64,000 nucleotides of DNA from a virus (lineage: Duplodnaviria > Caudoviricetes), in the IMG/VR virus record IMGVR_UViG_3300020577_010873, positions 1 through 64,000 of that record; one strand, given 5' to 3'. Below, piece by piece: positions 27,188-36,590 of this stretch. Every line of letters begins with the position of its first letter. The first letter of the stretch is position 1. The position numbers and the translations under genes were made by a program. A model generated the notes under the pieces. The model made no database searches. It saw only the letters and a program-made list of their open reading frames with translations, and was not told the DNA's origin.

Positions 27188-29579
27188 GGGCGAGAGTCAA
27201 CGCCCACTCGGTTGCAAAAGCAATACGCGCGTTGCATTTGCAAGCAGAAAGTGCTTGCCTGTTCCCGTGATTTCGAAACGCGCCATCAAGGCTTTCCGGC
27301 TGGATGCCGAGTCCCTCCGCCACCTGTTCGAACCCAAGCCGGGAGAGACGGCATGGACGCCCCATCCGGCGGTCAAACGGCTGGTCGACCGATGGAAGGC
27401 CCGCGCACAGCAAGGGCGCGACGAGAACCTCCGGCAGTACCGTCTCTACGCCGCGCTCGATCACTGCTGGGAGTCGGGATTCCGGCAGACGACTCAGACC
27501 CTCATGTCGATGGTCAGGGACCTTCAGGACTACGGTCCGAAGGGACAGGGCGGGGTTGACGCGGTGGCCATCGCCGAAAGCTGGGGCCTCACCCATCTCG
27601 TCTCCGCCACGCACGATCCGAAGACGGGGGTCACCAGCAAGACCCTGGACTTCCCGCTCTTGCAGGAGGTGATTCTTGGGCTGCCACGGGCGTTCACGAT
27701 GATGCGCGTCGCCCGCATTATGACCGAGCGATTGCAGGTCCCGCTCATGAAGTACGAACCGGCGTGGACGACCAAGATCAACCAGTTCCGAACCGAGGTC
27801 GGGACGCAGCGGATCGAGCAGGGCAACCGCGAGTTCGGCTACAGCGCCACCTACTGCGAGGCCACCCAGGGGGCGGCGAAGTACGGCCAGCAACTCATGT
27901 TCATCTCCGAGCAGTGGTACGAGATGAAGGACTACGTCGACCTTCAGGACGAGCAGGGGAACATCACGATCAAGGGCGTGGTCGGTAAAGAGGGCGTGCG
28001 CTACGTCCTTCCCCACCCCGGGCGCTCCTGCATCGACTCCGATTACGCGGCGTACACGATCAACAACGACGTGGGCCCGCGGTGGGCGAACTACTGGCGG
28101 ACGACCAAGGTGGGGAGCGCCAAGGCCGCGGGGTACTGGAACAAGGAACGCATCTCGCGCTCCGACCGATTCGGCGACCCGCAGTGGGTGGCGTACTTCC
28201 AGGCCACCGGAAGCTGCCGGATGGCCACCAACTTCGACCAGACGCGCTTCAGCCAACTCGATCGCGAACGCAACCTCGACCGCGGCACCACCTACTACTC
28301 GGCGCACGAGGACGATCAGCCGGTGTGGGAGACGCACCACTTCGAACGGTTCAACCCGAAGAACGAGTTCACGGACGTCAAGGACGGGTGCGCCATCACG
28401 GACGAGAATGGAAAGCCCGTGGACCTTCCGGACTGCGACGTGTGGTTCCGCGTCGTCCTGGCCTCGGACGACACTCCGCTGTACGTCACGGCCCTCCCGT
28501 CCTGCCCGGTCGTCTGCTGGCCATGGGAGCCGGTGGGCGCGAACTCCGTGCAATCGAGCATCCTCCTCGAACTCATGCCCTACGGAGACCACGGGTCGAA
28601 CATAATGACCCAAAGTCTGGTCGGCCTGGACCAGAACGGAGCGAACTTCACGATCTTCAACCAAGACGTGGGGCTGGACTACGCCAAGGTGGAGAAGGAG
28701 ATCATCGGATCGCGGGCCAAGCGGGCGCGCAAACTCTGCATCCTCGGTGCGTCGTTCAAGAACTTGGCCCACCGCGACGTCGACCTCGACAGCGTGTTCA
28801 AGTCCTACCGCTTCCCGCAGTTGGACGTGCAGGGGCACCTCGTGATGCTCGGTCAGTTGATCGGGATCATGAAGCAAGTGGCTGGAATGTCGGATCAGGA
28901 GGTCGGCGGGTCGGCCTCGCACGAGCAGTCGGCGGAGGAGATTCGAACGATCCACACCGCGACGGGCCACCGGGCGGAGTACGTGGCGGCGTGGCTGGAC
29001 TTCGCGTTCGAGGCGTGGAAGCGCCAGCTTTGGACCTATTATGCCGCTTATGGGACACTGCCGGCCTTCGCCAGCCTTGGGCCGGAGTTCCTGGCGACCA
29101 TCCAGCAACTCGCGGAGCAAAAGCTGGTGGACGTGGTGAGCGATCCGGACGAGGACGGGAACACCATCGTCTCCGTCGATTTCAGCCGGTGCCGCGTCGA
29201 GCAGTTCGTGGCGCAGCGCGACGGACCGAACCGCATCCCGTGGGTGACGATCGGAGGTCAGATGTTGAACTTCCTTCAGGTGTTCATGGCGGCGCCGGTC
29301 TCCCAGGCGATTCCGCCCGAGTCGATCATCGAGATGGTCAACGGCGCACTGGATGCCCTCCAGTTCCCGAGGTCCTTCCGGGTGCCCGTTGGACCGCAGG
29401 AGGCCACGGGTGGTGTCAGCCCGGCGACGCAGCAGTTCGTGTTGGAGAAGCTGAAGGAGTTGGTTCCTCAGATCAAAGCGTTCGTGGATCAGGAGGTGAA
29501 GAAGGGCATGGGGTCCGTACAGCCTCCTCCTCCGTCCGCACCGAATGAGGTGAACTACAACTTCGGGCAGGCTGCATGA
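27135..29579 (+). CDS. Portal protein (true start possibly TTG ~27255)
   Basis: ~800 aa; PLMKYEP, LPHPGRSCID, AGMSDQEVGG...SAEEIRTI segments typical of podovirus portals; no other portal candidate in the window. Confidence 0.7.
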   Translation: MGESLMAQNWEGVTGDPMGESQRPLGCKSNTRVAFASRKCLPVPVISKRAIKAFRLDAESLRHLFEPKPGETAWTPHPAVKRLVDRWKARAQQGRDENLRQYRLYAALDHCWESGFRQTTQTLMSMVRDLQDYGPKGQGGVDAVAIAESWGLTHLVSATHDPKTGVTSKTLDFPLLQEVILGLPRAFTMMRVARIMTERLQVPLMKYEPAWTTKINQFRTEVGTQRIEQGNREFGYSATYCEATQGAAKYGQQLMFISEQWYEMKDYVDLQDEQGNITIKGVVGKEGVRYVLPHPGRSCIDSDYAAYTINNDVGPRWANYWRTTKVGSAKAAGYWNKERISRSDRFGDPQWVAYFQATGSCRMATNFDQTRFSQLDRERNLDRGTTYYSAHEDDQPVWETHHFERFNPKNEFTDVKDGCAITDENGKPVDLPDCDVWFRVVLASDDTPLYVTALPSCPVVCWPWEPVGANSVQSSILLELMPYGDHGSNIMTQSLVGLDQNGANFTIFNQDVGLDYAKVEKEIIGSRAKRARKLCILGASFKNLAHRDVDLDSVFKSYRFPQLDVQGHLVMLGQLIGIMKQVAGMSDQEVGGSASHEQSAEEIRTIHTATGHRAEYVAAWLDFAFEAWKRQLWTYYAAYGTLPAFASLGPEFLATIQQLAEQKLVDVVSDPDEDGNTIVSVDFSRCRVEQFVAQRDGPNRIPWVTIGGQMLNFLQVFMAAPVSQAIPPESIIEMVNGALDALQFPRSFRVPVGPQEATGGVSPATQQFVLEKLKELVPQIKAFVDQEVKKGMGSVQPPPPSAPNEVNYNFGQAA
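27211..27244 (+). promoter_or_regulatory. Late regulatory motif (GCAATAC-GCGCGTTG; GTTGCATTTGCAA)
   Basis: Related motifs at 45521-45546 and 49171-49184. Confidence 0.5.
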
Positions 29580-30955
29580 ACCGCAAAACCTGCTGGATCA
29601 CGTTCCAGTTCCAGACCACCGAGGACTGGAGAATCCACGAACTCGCGCTGTCCGTGCTCTGCGCGGCCCACCACTACCACGTGCGGGTGGTGACGAACCT
29701 GGGTGAGAGGATTCGCCAGATCGGCCTGCCCTGCACCGTGGTCGACCGTACGTTCGTCCCAGCCATGCCATGGAGCGTCCACAAGCTGCGGACGTACGCC
29801 GAGGCTCCGTCGGGAGAGCCGTTCCTCCACATCGACTCCGACGTGTTCCTGTTCGATCCGCTGCCCGAGTGGCTGTTCGAGAAGTGGCTGTTCGCCCAGT
29901 CGCCGGAGGGGAAGGAGCACTACCTGTTGCCCATGCCGGCGGAGTGGGCGGCGAAGTACGAACCGAAGCCGCATTCGGCGTGGAACATGGGGATCTTCGG
30001 TGGCAACCCCGGCACGGTGCGCGAGTACGCCCGGTTCGCCATGGAGTCGGCCGCGCTTTGGCCGACGGCAAAGCCCACGTACGTCGAGCAGTTGGCGCTC
30101 GGGAAGTTCTCCCAGGTCTACAGGTTCGCCGTGGCCTCACCGCTGATCGACGGGAAGCTGCACGGGTACACCCACCTGATGGACGACTCGCGGAACACCG
30201 ACGTCCAGCACCGCATCCGCCTGCGCCTCTGCACCGACTATCCGGCGGTGGCCGAGCGGTTGGGCATCCGCCGGCCACTGCTGTCCATCTTGGTCAGTCG
30301 CGGACGATTCAGCCGGTTGCTCCGGACTATCGATACTTGGATTGAGACTCGCACGTTCGCCGACATGCTGGTCGTGTTGGATGATGATGATCCCGTGGCA
30401 GATCAAGTCTCGCTTGAGCTATCTCAGTACAAGGCTCCGATTCGCGTGGAGAAACGCCCGCGCGTGGGGTTCGCCCAGGCGTTCGACCAAGCGTGCCGCC
30501 GCCACTCCCGGGGGTACGACGTGATCGGCATGGCCGCGAACGACCTCGTCTTCTGCACCCGCGGCTGGGACAAGCGGTTCTACGACGAGCTCCTCCACCG
30601 GAACTTCATGGGCGTCGTCTACGGTCGGGACGGGCGGTGGGACAAGGATCTGGCGACCCACCCGTACATCGGGAGCCGGCTGTTCGAGGCGGCAGGAACG
30701 GTCGTCACCCCGGAGCAGCGTCACCTTTGGGTCGACAACAACCTGATGGAATTGGGGAAGCGCACGAACCTCATCTACCTCGACGACGTGCTGATCCGCC
30801 ACGACCACTACGGGGTGATGCCCAACCTCACGGACGACGCTTACCTCGCGTGCAACAGCCGGGAGAACTACGACCACGACCGCGCGTGCCACGAGCGTTA
30901 CGCGCAAACGGTCAGGGAGATGAAGCTATGGCCCGACTGCAAGACCTGTGGGTGA
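29576..30955 (+). CDS. Two-domain glycosyltransferase
   Basis: N-terminal FLHIDSDVFLF (DxD) domain plus a GT2-like domain (LVVLDDDD, DVIGMAAND, HLWVDN). Confidence 0.7.
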   Translation: MNRKTCWITFQFQTTEDWRIHELALSVLCAAHHYHVRVVTNLGERIRQIGLPCTVVDRTFVPAMPWSVHKLRTYAEAPSGEPFLHIDSDVFLFDPLPEWLFEKWLFAQSPEGKEHYLLPMPAEWAAKYEPKPHSAWNMGIFGGNPGTVREYARFAMESAALWPTAKPTYVEQLALGKFSQVYRFAVASPLIDGKLHGYTHLMDDSRNTDVQHRIRLRLCTDYPAVAERLGIRRPLLSILVSRGRFSRLLRTIDTWIETRTFADMLVVLDDDDPVADQVSLELSQYKAPIRVEKRPRVGFAQAFDQACRRHSRGYDVIGMAANDLVFCTRGWDKRFYDELLHRNFMGVVYGRDGRWDKDLATHPYIGSRLFEAAGTVVTPEQRHLWVDNNLMELGKRTNLIYLDDVLIRHDHYGVMPNLTDDAYLACNSRENYDHDRACHERYAQTVREMKLWPDCKTCG

Positions 30956-31029
30956 AGCTGGCGTTCCTGGCGCTGCTGGCGGCGGTCCATGCGGTGCGAC
31001 TGACCGATGCGCTTCGGCGATGGCTCTGA
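30928..31029 (+). CDS. 33-aa membrane peptide
   Basis: MARLQDLWVKLAFLALLAAVHAVRLTDALRRWL. Confidence 0.45.
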   Translation: MARLQDLWVKLAFLALLAAVHAVRLTDALRRWL

Positions 31030-31043
31030 CGATGGCACGGAGT

Positions 31044-31060
31044 CCGGGGGCTGCCCCCGG
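31044..31060. terminator. Hairpin between convergent units
   Basis: CCGGGGG-CTG-CCCCCGG. Confidence 0.4.
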
Positions 31061-31110
31061 CTAGGCAAGTTTTGGATACTCGCCCGAACGCTGGTCCCCT
31101 CCGTAGAAAT

Positions 31111-31185
31111 TGGAAGCGGGTGCTGGAATCGAACCAGCGACTTGCGCCTTATGAGGGCGCCCATCTGCCACTGATGTAACCCGCC
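31111..31185 (-). tRNA. tRNA with CAU anticodon (Met or Ile2), CCA encoded
   Basis: Full cloverleaf: GGCGGGT/ACCCGCT, D-arm CATC/GATG, anticodon stem GCGCC/GGCGC with loop CTCATAA, T-arm GCTGG-TTCGATT-CCAGC, TCCA. Confidence 0.92.
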
Positions 31186-31216
31186 GCCCGTGTGTTGCCA
31201 TGTACCGCACCCATGG

Positions 31217-32251
31217 TCAACAGCGATTGAGCACGAGGTGGCCTTTGACCAGCCTCTTGTCCGACCGGAGGTACGCCTTGTAGAAGCCGCGGTCGAACAC
31301 CAGATTGTACTCCACCCGCAGCCGTCCGACGCTCCCGGCCTCCGTCACGGTGAAGCTCAGGATCGCCCCGCCCACCTCCATCCGAAGCCGCTTCTTCCGC
31401 GCGAACACCGTCTGGTCCTGAAACCCCGGCATGTTGATCACGTGGACGTTTCGGTCGACCATGTAGTTCGAGACGTGGTAGTGGCCTTGCACGAGGATCT
31501 GCGGCTTCTCACCTCCACCCAAGGACTCGACCTGCTTCTGACCCGCGTATGATCTTGCGTAGGCTGCCCCTCCGCCTGGGTGTTGCACCTTGATCCGGAC
31601 GATCCCGTGCTTTGTCGTCACGTCCACGTCAGCCTCGACGTGGCCGAGGTAGCGGAGGTCCGATCGTCCGGACTTCTCGGCCAACCCCTGGAGGTAGGCG
31701 CCGAAGTTGAACCCCTCCTTCTGCCACCACCCCTCGTGATCGTCCCCGGTGATAAAGTGCGTGGTGATGCCCTTCCTAGCCGGGTAGTTGTCCACCACGT
31801 ACAGGGCTTGGTCGTCGATGCCAGAGACGATCACCGAGGCACCGTTGATCCGCGGGATGTAGCCGTCGACGATGTTGCCCGCGTGGAGGACGGTCGTGAT
31901 TCCCTCGGCGGCGAACAGGTCGTACTGCGCGTGAAGCGCGTCCAGGCGTTGCTCTTTGCAGCACAGGTGGGTGTCGGCCACGAGTCCGATGTGGATCCAC
32001 TCGCCGTGCCGCAGGAATTTCAGCGGGAGGTATCCGAACTCCGGCTTCTCCAGCGAAAGGAACGCACCATTGGAGAACACCTTGGTCTCCTTCTCCAGCA
32101 GCCGGAGTGCCGCGGTGAGCGTCCGGGAGTCGCACCCCAGGCCAGCCTCCAGCGATGCGGGCGTGCATGGGCCCTTCGACAGCGCACGCTTGAGCAGGGG
32201 AAGGATGTCCTTGGCCGTCCGCTTCTTCGGCAGGAGGTCGTCGATTCTCAT
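31217..32251 (-). CDS. Calcineurin-like metallophosphoesterase with an N-terminal wHTH
   Basis: ADTH, HAGNIVDG, GDDH, HPGGG and GHYH motifs. Confidence 0.85.
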   Translation of the reverse strand: MRIDDLLPKKRTAKDILPLLKRALSKGPCTPASLEAGLGCDSRTLTAALRLLEKETKVFSNGAFLSLEKPEFGYLPLKFLRHGEWIHIGLVADTHLCCKEQRLDALHAQYDLFAAEGITTVLHAGNIVDGYIPRINGASVIVSGIDDQALYVVDNYPARKGITTHFITGDDHEGWWQKEGFNFGAYLQGLAEKSGRSDLRYLGHVEADVDVTTKHGIVRIKVQHPGGGAAYARSYAGQKQVESLGGGEKPQILVQGHYHVSNYMVDRNVHVINMPGFQDQTVFARKKRLRMEVGGAILSFTVTEAGSVGRLRVEYNLVFDRGFYKAYLRSDKRLVKGHLVLNRC

Positions 32252-32538
32252 TCGGACCCCTTCTTCGCGCTGGCGATTGTGGCCTTCGATCCCCACCACC
32301 ACCGGCCTCGGTGCCTGATCCGATTTCCCTCCAGCAACTTGTGCGTCCGGCCCTCGTTGAACCTCGAAACGGCGTACCCCACGCGGTTGCGAAGCTCCTC
32401 CGAGTTGACGACGTTCCCCCTTGTAACCTTCTCCGCCGCCTCGGCGATCCGCTTCACCACTTCCGGAATCACTCCGGCAAGCACGTCATCGAGTTTGAGT
32501 TCCGTAGGGTTTGGTTTGGTCTTCGATGGTTTTGACAT
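32248..32538 (-). CDS. Hypothetical basic protein
   Basis: ATGA overlap with the downstream gene. Confidence 0.55.
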   Translation of the reverse strand: MSKPSKTKPNPTELKLDDVLAGVIPEVVKRIAEAAEKVTRGNVVNSEELRNRVGYAVSRFNEGRTHKLLEGNRIRHRGRWWWGSKATIASAKKGSE

Positions 32539-32674
32539 AGTCCTCCAACCCCGGAGGTGGACCTGGGTCGTCCGAACGACCTTTCGGCCACTGCATCCGG
32601 TAATGCTGGTAACGCAGGGCTTTGAGTTCAGCCACCATCTCAGTAGCCCGCGCCAACGCCTGTTCGATCGTCAT
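32486..32674 (-). CDS. 62-aa hypothetical protein
   Basis: MTIEQALARATEM...; TGATG overlap with the upstream stop. Confidence 0.45.
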   Translation of the reverse strand: MTIEQALARATEMVAELKALRYQHYRMQWPKGRSDDPGPPPGLEDYVKTIEDQTKPYGTQTR

Positions 32675-33798
32675 CAGATGTTCCCGATGCCGATTCCGCT
32701 GCCAGAGCTTCCGCAGCCTTCGCAGGCGATCCGAAGGATCGTGCCGGCGGTGGCGTGGACGTTCCCGGTGACGGAATCGAAAAACATGCACGGGCTGGCG
32801 GAAGACTGAAGTACGTCCCAGGCCGTGCGCGGCTGGTGACACCACGAGTAGACGAGGTCGCTCTCGTTCAGCGGCGTGACCACAGCGACGTGGATGCCAG
32901 CGTTCTTCGCCGCCGTGCAGGCGGAGAGCACGCTCGGGCTGCACCGACTCTCGCCTCCCGTGCTGAAGACCACGATGGCCTTGCGCACGCCCGTTCGCCC
33001 CGTCTGGTGCATCGCGTACGCCTGCATGATCGCCTTGCCCGGGTCGTCCGAACCTCCGGGGAACGGCATGATCGAATCAGACCACCCGGCGACTCCGGCA
33101 AAGGCGATGCGGTCGGTTCCGGTGCGCGTTCCAATGCTCGGCCTCGTGGGGTTTCCCGACTGGGTCCACCCGGACAGCAGGTCGAACGCTTGGTTGTCCC
33201 GCAGGTCCATCGACAACTGGAGGGACAGGATGGCCTGTGGATACTGGTTGGCCACGGACGACCGGAGTTCGCGAAGTGCCCGGCCGCGGATGACGTTCAC
33301 TCCTCGGGCTACCGATACAATTCCAGCCACCCACTCCGATCCGTTATCCGCCACGACCACCACGTCCCACGGCTGGCTGGCGGCGCAGACGTTGTCGAAC
33401 ACCGATACCGTTGCTGTGGCCAGCAGCCCACGCCATGTTCCGGTCATTCCGGAGGTTCCAACGTCCAGACCACGCACCAGACCGCCACCCGCCGAGCTCG
33501 CCACCACGCCGTTCTCGACTTTGAACGTCCCCTGGCCGGTGACGTCCGCCACCCGCCCGTCGGAGAATGTGGCGACCAGCCGGACGTACGATGACCGTCC
33601 CTTCGCCACATCGACGAAGGGCGGCATGATGTCCAGTTGGACGATCTCCAACTGGCCGCACGTGTCTTGATGGTCGATAGCGTAGAGCGGGTTCTGGCAC
33701 GATGAGTACCAGTCTCCGCAAGAGCCGGCCGTCGGAATATGCGCGTTCCCGTGGTCGGTCAGTATGGCGTCGCCGGGTGTGGTGGGTGGGCAGATCAT
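32674..33798 (-). CDS. Ig-like (Big_2) plus vWA-like protein
   Basis: ATFSDGRVADVT...GLVRG Ig pattern; DVVVVADNGS...KAIVVFSTG...AAKNAGIHVAVV vWA pattern. Confidence 0.7.
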   Translation of the reverse strand: MICPPTTPGDAILTDHGNAHIPTAGSCGDWYSSCQNPLYAIDHQDTCGQLEIVQLDIMPPFVDVAKGRSSYVRLVATFSDGRVADVTGQGTFKVENGVVASSAGGGLVRGLDVGTSGMTGTWRGLLATATVSVFDNVCAASQPWDVVVVADNGSEWVAGIVSVARGVNVIRGRALRELRSSVANQYPQAILSLQLSMDLRDNQAFDLLSGWTQSGNPTRPSIGTRTGTDRIAFAGVAGWSDSIMPFPGGSDDPGKAIMQAYAMHQTGRTGVRKAIVVFSTGGESRCSPSVLSACTAAKNAGIHVAVVTPLNESDLVYSWCHQPRTAWDVLQSSASPCMFFDSVTGNVHATAGTILRIACEGCGSSGSGIGIGNI

Positions 33799-34193
33799 CA
33801 GGATTTCCGGTTCCTCGCCAGTTCGTCGGTGAGGTTGTTGATGGCGTTGATCGAGTTTTTCAGGTCTTCCCGCGCCCCGTCGTGCAGCAACTTCAGTTGC
33901 GCCGCGTGGTCCTCGTCCTGCTTCCGCTGGTCGTCCTTGGACTGGATGGCGTACTTGATGAACTCCCGGGCCAGCCACCCGAGCGTGCCAATGGACGTCA
34001 GGGTGACGACCAGCAGAAGGTACTCGATGCTCTTTCCCTGGAGCGTTTCCGCCGCCTTCTCAGCAGCCGGAATCGGTACTTGCGCCAGAAGATGAGCCGC
34101 CTCAGCCCTCGTCCCTAGAAGCACGAGGGCCGAGATGGCGATAGCCAAGGCCGCGTTGAACATCACACGTAGTCTCAGTGGGGCGGTTTTCAT
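33798..34193 (-). CDS. Membrane protein, holin or i-spanin candidate
   Basis: Two hydrophobic segments and a C-terminal coiled coil with a basic tail. Confidence 0.55.
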   Translation of the reverse strand: MKTAPLRLRVMFNAALAIAISALVLLGTRAEAAHLLAQVPIPAAEKAAETLQGKSIEYLLLVVTLTSIGTLGWLAREFIKYAIQSKDDQRKQDEDHAAQLKLLHDGAREDLKNSINAINNLTDELARNRKS

Positions 34194-34549
34194 TTTGCGA
34201 TAACGCTAACTTTTAGTCTCGTCATCGGAGCACTCGTCACGACTCCCGACGGGACAGCGAAATGGGCCGGGTCCGAGATCGGCCCGTAGAGTCCCAGGAA
34301 GTTTCGGGGCGTGACGCGTGCGACGAGAGTGGCTCCGACGACCAGTTGGTTCGACGGCAGTTTGATTTCCGAAACGCCATTGGTGACGGCCGGTAGCGTG
34401 ATCCAGTTCGTTGCGGCCAGCGTGGGTTTCCACTCCACGCGGTACTCCGTCACCTGTTCTTCCGCTGGCGACTTGTCCCACGTGACGAACACATCGAGCG
34501 CAGATGCGCTGTATGCAAGAGCGACGATTGATGCAGCGAAAATCTTCAT
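34190..34549 (-). CDS. Signal-peptide FN3-like protein
   Basis: MKIFAASIVALAYSASA|LDVFVTWD...EYRVEW. Confidence 0.65.
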   Translation of the reverse strand: MKIFAASIVALAYSASALDVFVTWDKSPAEEQVTEYRVEWKPTLAATNWITLPAVTNGVSEIKLPSNQLVVGATLVARVTPRNFLGLYGPISDPAHFAVPSGVVTSAPMTRLKVSVIAK

Positions 34550-34656
34550 CGAAGTGTTATAAGTGGCTTTTTGTAGGACGACCCATCCCAGTTGCCTTTG
34601 CAACCGCATAGATAGGACGCGAGTACCAACAGAACTACTATGGCTTGCTTCTTCAC
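34546..34656 (-). CDS. 36-aa lipoprotein (absent from the ORF track)
   Basis: MKKQAIVVLLVLASYLCG|CKGNWDGSSYKKPLITLR; GTGA and ATGA overlaps at both ends. Confidence 0.65.
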   Translation of the reverse strand: MKKQAIVVLLVLASYLCGCKGNWDGSSYKKPLITLR

Positions 34657-35201
34657 GGGTGTAGTATTTTATCGGACTGCTCCCTTGTCAGTACACCAAT
34701 GGACACCGCCAACTCCATAAACGCCACTGTGTCTGAATTGTTATTTTTAACAGTAACGGCAAGCTGCGACTGTCGTATAGCCTTTCGAACGAGTGCTCGA
34801 ATCTCGTTCGGAAGTTCGACATTAACCGATGCGGCGTCCATTCGGTCCCATGCACCCGGAGCATTTGTCTCGACGTTGTTGTAGAACTCCAAGGCCGACC
34901 ACTCATGTTCGGATTCAAGCCTATCTCTCTCTTTGTTCCACGCTTCTTTTGCGGATGATAGAGCGACCAAAATATTCGTGTGCTCCTCAATCGTTAACAC
35001 CTTCCAGTCTCCCTGCTCTGGCAACGCATTCGTATCCGGAAGCTTCGATGTTGCGGACCTGATTGTCAGGTATGGCCAATTAGTCGGGCATCCCTTCTTA
35101 AACTCAGTAGTATTTGCGGAACCATGTGTGAGCACAAAAACGAATTGCGCGTTTGCGCTCAGACAGAACACCAAAGCCACAATTACCATGATAGTTTTCA
35201 T
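34653..35201 (-). CDS. Signal-peptide protein, possible tail-fibre assembly chaperone
   Basis: MKTIMVIVALVFCLSANA|Q; C-terminal LAVSIGVLTREQSDKIL resembles fibre-chaperone ends; low GC. Confidence 0.65.
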   Translation of the reverse strand: MKTIMVIVALVFCLSANAQFVFVLTHGSANTTEFKKGCPTNWPYLTIRSATSKLPDTNALPEQGDWKVLTIEEHTNILVALSSAKEAWNKERDRLESEHEWSALEFYNNVETNAPGAWDRMDAASVNVELPNEIRALVRKAIRQSQLAVTVKNNNSDTVAFMELAVSIGVLTREQSDKILHP

Positions 35202-36589
35202 CGTGCCGGGGTGTAGAATTGTTCGATGTGAACGTAGTCGATCTCCATAAGGTCCGCGTTTGCACCGACGGTGGACTCGATAACGATTCGAGTCCCAGTT
35301 CCACGCGCTGCACCGAGCGGAATTCCCGTCGTAATCGTGGCCTGCAAGGTCCCATCGACGAAGAAGTACGCGTACCCCAAAAACCCGTCGACTTGGACTT
35401 CAAGCTTTTGCCACGCGGTTGCCGACGGCCCGACGATTAGGTTGGAGGATTGGAGGGAGGAGTTCGAATATACCTTCGCCACCCAGTTACCCGAATTGAC
35501 GTTGTCCGTGTACTCGAAGTACGCGCCGTCCGTCGCGTTTCCCGCTGTGGCGTCGTAAAACCCACACCGAGCAATGTACCGATCCGTACCGTTCGACAGC
35601 ACCGGAAGCCGGGCGCGAAATTCGAATTTGCTGAAGTTGTTAGTTCCAAACACAATAGAGTCAGTAGAAGTAGCACCTAACTGCAATCGATTGTTCCCCG
35701 TAGCCGTGGTTCCAGTCGACAACCGGACAATCCCACACGCGTTCGTTTCGGACGCCACGATTGACGCACCGGAGCCAGATCCGTTGGCCGTCGTGACGAT
35801 CGGCCCCGTGGTCGGCAACGCCGCCCAATTGAGATCGTCGTAGTAGTCGTAGAATTTGTTCGGCTCGGTCAACACCGGATAAGCCACCGAGTTGGTGATG
35901 GACCACGCGATGTACTGAGTTCCGGCAATGTTGGTAACGGCCTGGCCAATGACGTAACCGCCCCCACTGGCCGGGAAGTTCGTGGCGTACCCCTCGATAT
36001 CCCCGTTGCCGTTGATCACGAACCGAAGGCCCCCCGTGGTCGCCGACGGCGCATTTGTCAGCCGGGCCGGTTGCTGCATGGTGCCGTTGACCACCAGGTT
36101 GGTGCCAAGGCCGCGCGCGTTCAGCGCTGTGATCACGGCCGCGTCCATTTTGTTGCTCGATACCGCGTTCGACTTGAGAGCGAACGTCAGGTTGGTTCCG
36201 GTGAGCGTTCCATCGATCTCCGCCGTGTCGGCTACGTTGACCGTCGCACCGTACGTCCCGTCGACGGACACCACCGTTCCTGAGTTCGTGGATGGCGGAG
36301 ACGAGCTACCACCGGCAGACACTAGCTTCCATTGTCCACCTCCGATGGCGTCGAAGATGTCGGTGTTGTTGGTCGCCCCCCATGACGCGGCGTGCGTGGC
36401 AATCCGCGCGGACGAGTCTCCTGCCGCGTTCTCTCCCAACACGATAGTCGTCTGGTTCGTCGATGGGCGGATCGACAAAAGGCCGTTGGTCCCTCGCAGG
36501 GTGTTGGCCACCGACATCGGCCGCAACGCCTGGGCCGCGACGATCAGTCCAATGAACAGGAACAGTACGATGATGATGAGGCGTTTCAT
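35198..36589 (-). CDS. Tail fibre/spike with a signal peptide and a C-terminal lectin-like (ConA-type) domain
   Basis: MKRLIIIVLFLFIGLIVAA|Q; N-terminal docking-type domain; WQKLEVQVD...YFFVDGTL beta-sandwich. Confidence 0.7.
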   Translation of the reverse strand: MKRLIIIVLFLFIGLIVAAQALRPMSVANTLRGTNGLLSIRPSTNQTTIVLGENAAGDSSARIATHAASWGATNNTDIFDAIGGGQWKLVSAGGSSSPPSTNSGTVVSVDGTYGATVNVADTAEIDGTLTGTNLTFALKSNAVSSNKMDAAVITALNARGLGTNLVVNGTMQQPARLTNAPSATTGGLRFVINGNGDIEGYATNFPASGGGYVIGQAVTNIAGTQYIAWSITNSVAYPVLTEPNKFYDYYDDLNWAALPTTGPIVTTANGSGSGASIVASETNACGIVRLSTGTTATGNNRLQLGATSTDSIVFGTNNFSKFEFRARLPVLSNGTDRYIARCGFYDATAGNATDGAYFEYTDNVNSGNWVAKVYSNSSLQSSNLIVGPSATAWQKLEVQVDGFLGYAYFFVDGTLQATITTGIPLGAARGTGTRIVIESTVGANADLMEIDYVHIEQFYTPAR

Positions 36590-36590
36590 C

